Below are positions 55,101 to 64,000 of a stretch of DNA of 64,000 bases, piece after piece. The notes under the pieces were generated by a model. That model was not told the origin of the DNA. It saw only the letters and a list, made by a program, of their open reading frames with translations, and made no database searches. Source of the DNA: Azolla caroliniana (taxonomy: Eukaryota; Plantae; Polypodiophyta); the NCBI GenBank assembly GCA_043228905.1, contig JBHGNT010000001.1, positions 2,418,001-2,482,000 on the forward strand, written 5' to 3'. The position numbers and the translations under genes were made by a program. How positions within the stretch are numbered: position 1 is the first letter of the stretch; each line of letters starts with the position of its first letter.

Positions 55101-57350
55101 GATCATCCATGATTGAATGTTCTGACATAGGTTGAGATGCATCAACACACATGTTAAAATCACCCATAAGTAATCCTGGACGGCCCACACATAAGGTTTG
55201 AATGAGTGAACCCCATAATGCAATACGTTGAGTGGCTTGGTTAGGGGCATAAATCCCAACCACCCGCACAACCTTGCCAAAAAAAGTGATTTCTAGAACC
55301 AAAAACCGACCATAAGGATCACTATGCACCACTTGAGGATAATACTTATCCCGCACTATTAATACACATGATTATTAAGATGTCTTGCATAAAATGATGA
55401 CTATCCATGCAAATGAATTGTGGATCCTGCTAACTCACGACACTTATGCTCAACTTCACATAATACATCCCATTCTTTACTTAACAAAGTTTCCCATAAT
55501 ATATACTTATGAGGAGAACATGCCCCTCTCACATTCTATGTTACCAGTTTCATTTAATCAACAATGTTGTGGGTATACTTGCTCCTTTAGAGCAACTGAT
55601 GTCATGAAATTAGTCAAAGCATGTTCCAATGCTACATATGGATTTTCATGCACCACATCCTTCGGCTTGTCTATCGAAATCTTTCGTTTAGGTCCTCTCG
55701 CTTGATGAAAACCTTGAGAATTCGATGAGTTTACAACCCGTCCCAATGAATCAAATTGAAGGTGAAGGGGTAATCCCTTATCCCTAAATTGTCGTTGCCA
55801 AGGAGCTTTTCGAGGACCCTCCCTAGTTCCCAAATTACCTTGCCAAGTAGTCTCATGAGTAGTCACTGTGGGCAAACTATTACATTGCATATTCATTGAT
55901 TTCCCCTTTGACTTGCCCTTAACCTTATGCCAATCTTTGTCAAGAACAACATCACTACTAGTTCTATCCAACGTTTCCCCCCCCTTATCTATAACCACTA
56001 AACTTTGTTTTTCCATATCCATAGATTGAGTTCCCTTATTCTTAGGGTCCAAACCTTGAAGTGAGACCTCAAACTTTAGAACCTGCTCTAGATGATGTGC
56101 CTTCATCCATAACAAGCACAATATCTGACATACCAACATCTATCCCAACTCCTTCCTTACCATTCCCTTCATTAGGAACCTCCATAGTTGAAGGACAATG
56201 ACGTTGGCATTCCACCATAAAGTGATCCCATTCACCATATCCAAAACAATGACCTACAAATGTGTTCATACGCACCCATCCTGACCTCTTATGACTTGTA
56301 TCCCATAACACACAAAATCTACACTTATTTGTAGCATTTGCATGTGGAGATACCAACACTTTACCCATTTGACTCATCAACTCCGGTAAAAATGATCATA
56401 AAAACGCATGCTTACAATCCACTATTACCCAAACGGGGCATTCTTGTTTCAACAAAGCATGATAGTCCACTATGGGGGACCATTGCATTACATGCACCAA
56501 TTGTTTATAAAAATAACAAGAACTTTAGCCAACAATGCACTTCGATGTTTCGATGAACGAAATACTACATCATACAACCCTCGTGGTCTTGCATATATTT
56601 TTTCAACACAATTTGGTGACACGATTGTGTTCAACCATTGATTAATCCAATTAATGTAGGGGAGTTTCCCGGTAAAAATAATATAACCGCACGATCATAG
56701 AATACATCAAAAGATTACGAAACTGCCTTAGCATCAACTTCCACATTGTGCACATCCTCATCAATGCATTCTTTTGCTGTATTTTCATTTTCTTCGACAA
56801 TATCAGACAACAAGGCATTGGCAATTCCCCATAAATTATCCCAATTACAATGATCCTCGTCAACCTCATCTACATGTATTACTTTGGTATATGTCAATTT
56901 TTTCTCATTAATTTCCTCAATACCCTTAAACCTCTTAGAGCTTCTAATGTATTACCTTTCACGATTACATTCAACCATCACAATACTCTTTTTTGGATAA
57001 ATTGTTCGCATATCAATGCCCCCCACAATTTGTGGGGAATTCATGTTTATATCCATTATTCTTGATGTGATATCGATCCGGGATAAAAACTATTTTCCAT
57101 TAATAAGAGAGAAAGCCGGAACTCACCCGATTAAGGAGGTTGACGATGATGAAGACAATAGAAGACCCGCAATGTATGTTGAGTATGTGGATGCCGACAA
57201 CACAATAATTCTTATTTCTATCTCTACTTCTCGTACAAACCACCAAATTTAACTTGCTATATCTCCTTACAAAGCTCTACCCGACGACTTTCCAACACTT
57301 GCCTTTGCACCAAATTCCGTTATTGAAAGAAAGAATTTAAACAAAAACAA
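52200..57350 (-). mobile_element. Near full-length decayed L1-type LINE (ORF1, APE endonuclease, RT)
   Basis: Fragments: ORF1 zinc knuckle (CFGYGEWDHFMVECQ), endonuclease (GIYAPN, GDFN, SDRFPI), RT (KSPGWDDLT, WRPISL, LDLEKAYD, RQGCPLSP, ADD) and VAW..GGTGI. Many frameshifts and stops. Confidence 0.92.
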
Positions 57351-59283
57351 TTTTGCTTCTTCTTCTTCCCCTCTCTCCTCTTGCTTTTTTTCTTCTCTCT
57401 CTCTCTCTCTCTCTCATTTTTTCATTCATAACCTTTGTGCTATTTTCTTACACCACGACCTCAAATGAATGTATGTGTGTGTGGCTCTTTGATGATTGGG
57501 TTCATTCTGACTTTAGCTCACATGTTGGGTCAAGTTACACCGCCTTCGAAGAAACATTCCCATCAAACATTTTCTTAGCAATATGTCTCCTTGGGGTGCC
57601 AACGCTTAAAGATTTAGAGACATTAGAAGCTTAGTTGCCCCATGTGTGGCCTTTTAGATCCCTAGATAGAAGGGTTCTATACTTTGTAGTAAGTTAGCCA
57701 TGGTGGTGTTTTTCTTTCGTAATGAAAGTCATTATTTACAAAAGAAGAAGAAGAGAGATTAACGTCTTCTAAGCCCAAATTTGGCCGATGAGACAATTGA
57801 TTACAATAACGGGATATGTGCCTATAACACTTCTAGGTGGTGTTGGAGCAAAATCATTAATGTTTCGAACCAAGAGATGGTAGAGGCATCAAGAGAAGAT
57901 GGTGTAGTGTTTATATGACAATTAGGAAGGTTAATGAATAATAAAATCAAGGGAGAATCCTTAATTATGGTATACATAAATAAATTGCGATTATATACTT
58001 TAGAAAAACAAAGCTCAGAAAGAGAGAACCCTGGTATTTTTCCCAATAATAAATCTAACCCTTATCTTTCTTGGAATGCTTAATTTTGATAAACTATGGC
58101 TTTGCACTATATTTTTGGTTTAGACTTGTTAGATCACTTGTTAGTCTAATTAAACTAGGTAGTCTTATGCTTGAGTTAAATGCCCTTTCGGTTTAAAAGA
58201 TGTTCTCACTCCAATAGTCATGCATGTTGGATAGATACATAACCTTCAATCTTGTTTATTTTTGTTCATGATCTCCATGTGCTATTAGTAGGTAAGATTG
58301 GGTGTTTCAAGTACATTGTAACAAGTGACATATTTGCTGCAATAATGTTCAAAGTGTTTTCGGGTGTTTAGAACCTAAGTTGTTCTATGATATATTTGAT
58401 TATAATGGGCATTTATATGCCATTATTGAGTTGAATAAGTGTTGCTAAGAATCACAATTGATGACACTAAATATAGAAATATATCCCTAAAGCTATGGCA
58501 GTGTGGATGTTTAAAAATCATGAATTATATTCGTCAACTTAGTCGTGGTTTGTGGACACGTATATTGCCCATCACTGTCAATAGTGTCCCATGATGATCA
58601 TTTACTAAAAAAACATATTCATTTATGAATTTCAAGGAGAGTCAAATTGTACGTGTTTGTTTCTTATTTTGACACAAAACTTACACGAGGTGAATAAGTG
58701 AATAAATCCAAAAACACCAATAATGATTTGTGTTTGTTTATAATGTATTGAATGCAAAGGTAAGTTGTTTGAAGGGACCTACTTGAGCTAATATATTGAC
58801 TCGCAAAATCTAAAATAAAACAAATAAATACAAAAATAAGTATAGATAAATAAGAAGAATAAGAGAGAAGTGCTCTCCCTTCCTTTGAGTATAAAATGTG
58901 CCCTACATTTTGTGGTTCCTTTTTTTCCAAAAAAAAACATTTTGTGGTTCTTATATCACTATTCATTTAGAAAAGATAATGAGCATAAAACTATACAAAA
59001 CTAAAGCATGATACAAGAATAATATTGCAATATGACCTAATGACAAGGTGAAATCTGAAATAATCTGGACTAAGTAACAATTGTGGGAAATTCAGAATTT
59101 TTTCGGTAAACATCTCTCTCTCTCTCTCTCTCTCTCTCAACAAAACCTTGTAAAGAGATATTGGGTAACCCTAGGTTTACAAAGAGAGAGAGAGAGATAT
59201 ACTCTATATATGTACATATAATTAAATAAAGCAAAAAGATCTCATTCTCTTCGTCTTAGAAAGATGTGGAGGCTCAAATTTCA

Positions 59284-59966
59284 TGTTACATCAAACTACA
59301 ATACCATATTCTTCTTTGAATGGGATGCAAATAATTGTTTGATGGAAAAATATGTTGGCCAATGGGACAAGGTGTGAAAAGAGACAGAAGGAGCCAAGCA
59401 CAAACAACCAAATATTTAAGGGAGTTGAGTATTATGGAGGAACGATTGTAACACGCCAAGCGTGGAAGCATATACATATATATATCGAGTGTCGGAAGAG
59501 AGAGTAGGAGAATATCATTAGGAAATAAGTGGGGTTAAAGAGAGAGGGAGAGTGAGTGTTATACCGATAGTGGATTGGTACTTGTATATGTGTGTATTCA
59601 TAATCAAGTCTTCTTTCTTGTGGGGTAATTCCATGTATAACATGTGATTTAAGTGTATTGACTGTGTGTAATGACAAGCCTATAATTGGTGGTAGCCGAT
59701 TCGACATGAGATATGTTTCGGTGTTCCCTAGGAAGTCTAAGAGTTGTATGCATCCCCGAGTGTTGTGCGGCTCAGACGCGATTGGGGACCCATATAGAGA
59801 GTTATCTAGAAATCCCTTAGGGCAGAATTACTTCCCCTAAACCCCGTAACCGGCTAAGTGTACAACCAACAGATGACCTGAGGTTCCTTCCCTCCTTCCT
59901 ACCACAATTACCTTGATCTGATTACTCAGTAGTAACCGAGAGTGTTCCTACAGAGGGGAGGTAACA
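59284..59966. mobile_element. Possible solo LTR
   Basis: Termini TGTTAC...GTAACA with LTR-like composition. No TSD found. Confidence 0.4.
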
Positions 59967-60589
59967 AAATAAAATTTTATTTCACGATGTGATGGTTTTT
60001 TGGGACACATATGAAAGAAAAATCAATTAGTTTATTATCATGCAAAGCTTCCTCTAGTTTCAAATGGATGGAGTGTGTGCATAATGAGGGATTGAACTCC
60101 AGTGAAGACATGTCCAAAGACACAACTACGAAGATTCAACCATTAATACTAATAGATTAAGCACTAGTTCAATTGGTAGAATTTGACTAATCGTCAAATT
60201 TTAATTATTGAAAGTCAATTACTCCGCTTCTTGGATGATTAGAGAAGTGCATTCGAAGAGCACAAGAGGATGCTTGTGCTAAGTGCCAAAGACTTACATA
60301 GGCATCAAGTGTCATTTTCTTCTATCTTGTTTCTTGGGATTAATTTAGGGTTCCTATACAAACTCAAGTTGGGAGAAAAAACTAACAAATCTTTCTCATT
60401 TGGTGAAGTATCTGATGGAGATTTCATATTACATGATAAAGATCTAAAGATACACAAACTTCTTAGAGGCATAACTAGTATTAAATAATATAATAAAATC
60501 AAGGTAATATATATAAACCTTGATCTATTGTTTCAAAAATGTATGAATTGCTTTTCAAGTGATGCAATGGCCATCAAATGCATATGTTT

Positions 60590-62888
60590 TTTTTTTTAAT
60601 GAAAGATTCACCTCAGTGTTAATGAAAAGATGCCCAAAGACTACAAAGAACTCATAGAGGAAAACATAACAAACGTACCCTTATCAACCAACATGTCGAG
60701 TAGCAAAAGTCCTCACACATCTACCTAAGCATAAAATTGAGGTCGTTCCAAGATGGGGGTGGAAAAAGCCATCTTGTTGGACCATATCACCACTTTATCT
60801 CTCCCTAAAAGAGATGAATACCTCTGCCTTTTTCCACATTCCTCTAAAATGTTGTTGATTACAAAACACACCATCAGGCTCACCAGATATTGCCTCATAT
60901 TGACCTCTTAGAGTATCTAGAAGCATCAACCATATCTTCTTGACTAACTCATCCGCATTCTAGTTGCCTTTTTGAAATACATATTTATATCTTGCCTTCC
61001 ACAATATGCAGACTACCAAACAAGATATCGTAGACTAGACCTTGTCCTCTACCAAACAACGAATTATTGTGGTATAAGAGACATCCGATACTTGTTTTCC
61101 ATCGGATAGGAGAAGAAAATCAACACACTCCTTTTCATAATTCTATATTTCTTTAGCCAACCTCCCCCATCTCACAAAACCCGACATGTGCACCTGTTTA
61201 CCATAAACAAGATACAAAATTCTCAACATTATTTTACAAACTGCCCTAGAAATAGGACATACCCATAAGACATGGTGAAGTGATTCAATGGGAAGACCAC
61301 AACTATCACATTTCAAATCATGGTGATGCCAACTCATCCATGACTTCACAGGGATCCCATAATGTACCAACAACCATCTAAACAATACCACTTTATTAAG
61401 AATTTTACTTGGGTTGCCAAGTGGGACTTCACGTTAATGTGAATATATTAGTTGCTCCTCTACTTTTAAATTTAAGGAGAAAATTGTTGCTTTGGGATTT
61501 GGTTAACCTATCATTTGCATGTTGTGTACTTGTAGCTAACCAAGTTGTTCTAGCAACAATTTGGTATATTGCCTCTACTACGTTGTTTGCGAGGTCATGT
61601 ATTTTATAGGTGCAATGCCTCATTCACAAAGGAAAAATAGGCCAAGATAAAAGGACTAAAGTAGCTTGGGCAGTATTGATTACCCCACGACAACATGGTG
61701 GGTTGGGGTTGGTGGATCCGAAATCACAATGTAAGGCTTTGCTTTTTAAATTTGTGTGTAGAGCTCTGTTTCCAATACAAGGTGTTTGGAGTCATCTGAT
61801 GATGCATAGGCTATCTATTATGTGTTCGACAATAGGTGGAGTGTGGCAACCCTCATTAAGGTGAGCCTTTATTCAAAATTTTCATTTGTTTAAAACCCTC
61901 ATTAAGGTGGGTCTGCTACAGTTAAAATTTCTGGTTCGGAGAATGCCATTGACAATGGATGACTTGTCGAGACAACCTTTGACTTGGAAGTTTCTCTTCT
62001 CTTATGCGAGGGGTGTTTTGCTTGATAGCCGTCCTAGGATGAATTGGGTTTGTTTGGGTGCATCAGTTGCAGGTAATGTTCTATCATGGGGATGTTATGT
62101 TATGAATCACTCGTTACAATCTTTGTCGATGCATTTAGTTTGAGGAGGTGCTATTATGTGCAATGATATGCAAGTGGCATTGGGACAATTTATGGCTTCA
62201 TGAATGCCATTGACAATGGATGACTTGTCGAGACAACCTTTGACTTGGAAGTTTCTCTTCTCTTATGCGAGGGGTGTTTTGCTTGATAGCCGTCCTAGGA
62301 TGAATTGGGTTTGTTTGGGTGCATCAGTTGCAGGTAATGTTCTATCATGGGGATGTTATGTTATGAATCACTCGTTACAATCTTTGTCGATGCATTTAGT
62401 TCGAGGAGGTGCTATTATGTGCAATGATATGCAAGTGGCATTGGGACAATTTATGGCTTCATGGTCCCCCTCTAGTAATCAGATTTGGTTTGGTTATTTC
62501 TCGAGCCTTTAAAAGTTATTTTAGGAGCTAAAGTAACTAACACTATGCGTCATCTTACATACTTTAATGTGGATGATGATGGTAGGTTATGGCATGTATT
62601 GTTTGCATCGGATTTGTGGATGTGCGCTAATGTTTCGACTATTCGAGTAGTTGCACAATCCTGAAAAAAATGGAATAGAAATGAGATGAAATGTCCCCTT
62701 CCGTTTTCTCTATGTATAGTTCTCAAGTAATATACTAAGGTGCATCTTTCTTTAAAAAAAAAACTTTATTATGAATTTGCATGGCCCATAGCCATTTCTA
62801 ATAAGTGCCCCACCAAGAGTCTTGTATATTACCCGATCTCCAAAATTTGTAAGTCGTTGGCACACCAACCAAACCCTTCCTTAGTAGT
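60590..62888 (-). mobile_element. 5'-truncated, 5'-inverted L1-type LINE
   Basis: PolyT at about 60587-60597 and a minus-strand zinc-finger region (CDSCGLPIESLHHVLWVCP), joined at about 61410 to a plus-strand upstream segment (KVAWAVLITPRQHGGLGLVDP). Candidate TSD tcaaatgcatRtgttt. Confidence 0.8.
61941..62462. repeat. Near-exact 261-bp tandem duplication inside the LINE
   Basis: gaatgccattgacaatggatgac...tatggcttcat at 61941-62201 and 62202-62462. One visible T/C difference. Confidence 0.93.
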
Positions 62889-64000
62889 CAAATGCATGTG
62901 TTTGGGCATTGGTGCTTTCAATAATGGTTATAGTATATGTTATGATCATTGAAAGGTGTAAGGTAAAATAGCCCATGTCAAAAGGAAGGAAGTCAAGCTA
63001 TATAAATAAACAAAGGGAACTAGTAGATAAATATTTATGACCATGCATGAAACATAATAAAGTTTGTTGGAGAGCATATAGTACCATGGATAATAGAAGT
63101 CAATGTTACGAATATATAATAATTGAAGATATGTATTGACCACAACATCTCTTAATTCCCAAAATAATGTGTGGTTGATTGGTTTTTGTTGTTCAAATTG
63201 CATGTCTTGAAATAATTATGATTTGTTTGAGAAAATAAGTAAATTTATTCATGTCTAAGAAAATAGTCATGGGTAATAATATGTGCTACTATATCAAGAG
63301 TAGTGGAGATTTAAAATTATACTTGTCAAATGATTGTTATTAAGATGCTAATTAAGGATTTTTGGTATGTACCTTATGTTACAAAAGAAAACCATATAAT
63401 GTTTCAAGTGATGAATTGGCCATCAAATGCATTTGTTTGGGCATTGATGATTTCAAGACCATGGGTTATAGATATATGTTATGATCATTGAGATAGAAAA
63501 CAATATATTTCACAAGAGGGTGAATGTGAACAATTTGAACAACTTTGAAACCAAAATAAGATTAACATGTACATGTGATGTTAAATAGTATTAACAATGA
63601 AATGTTAGAAGAAGTCAAACCAAAAGATAATATAAAGAAATTGACAGGGTACTAGTTAAAAATCATGGTGATAATCTATTATATAGAGTCAATCAAACCC
63701 CAATTTGACATGCACACGACAACTGCATGTACTCAAAATATCATCTGTGGAAATATTTAGTGCCATATCATGATCAATAAAATATGTGCACAAAAGCAAA
63801 ATGAGCTTAATGTATGTGTGGGTAGACACATTCGATGACAAAATCACAAAAAGTGATAATATGATGAAAGCCAACTTGTGGAGTTTGATTTTTTCGTTTT
63901 TCTAGTGACACGAGAATACTTAGAGGATACACTGAAGTTAGAGGAGACGGAGTCGAGAAGTCAAGAAGTCAAGAAGCATTCCCACGAAATTGATCATAAT

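Noticed and set aside
60160-60230. tRNA D-arm-like string gcactagttcaattggtagaat
   Set aside because: No T-arm/B box or acceptor stem can be formed.

Overview
Eukaryotic nuclear DNA from a land plant, most likely a fern. The organism call is inferred from intron-rich housekeeping genes, very long PLS-class PPR genes and long-L-type PPR motifs. Genes: a conserved uncharacterised protein with two HxS motifs (3' exons only), three PLS-class PPR genes that all end after the E domain with no DYW, cytosolic triosephosphate isomerase (9 exons), a universal stress protein, a SPRING1/C12orf49 (UPF0454)-like secreted Cys-rich protein, NDC1 alternative NAD(P)H dehydrogenase, and a tRNA-Ile(UAU)-like gene with decayed sister copies. 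Mobile and foreign DNA: two tail-to-tail fragments of a two-ORF Penelope-like retroelement, a plastid 23S rRNA fragment (NUPT), a long-inverted-repeat foldback element, a hAT non-autonomous element with an 8-bp TSD, solo LTRs, a decayed near-full-length L1-type LINE and a 5'-inverted LINE. The most notable items are the Penelope-like element, the DYW-less long-L PPR, a perfect hairpin next to an inverted 31-nt copy of that PPR's coding sequence, and a predicted 2H-phosphoesterase. All gene models were spliced and translated by eye and no database search was run.
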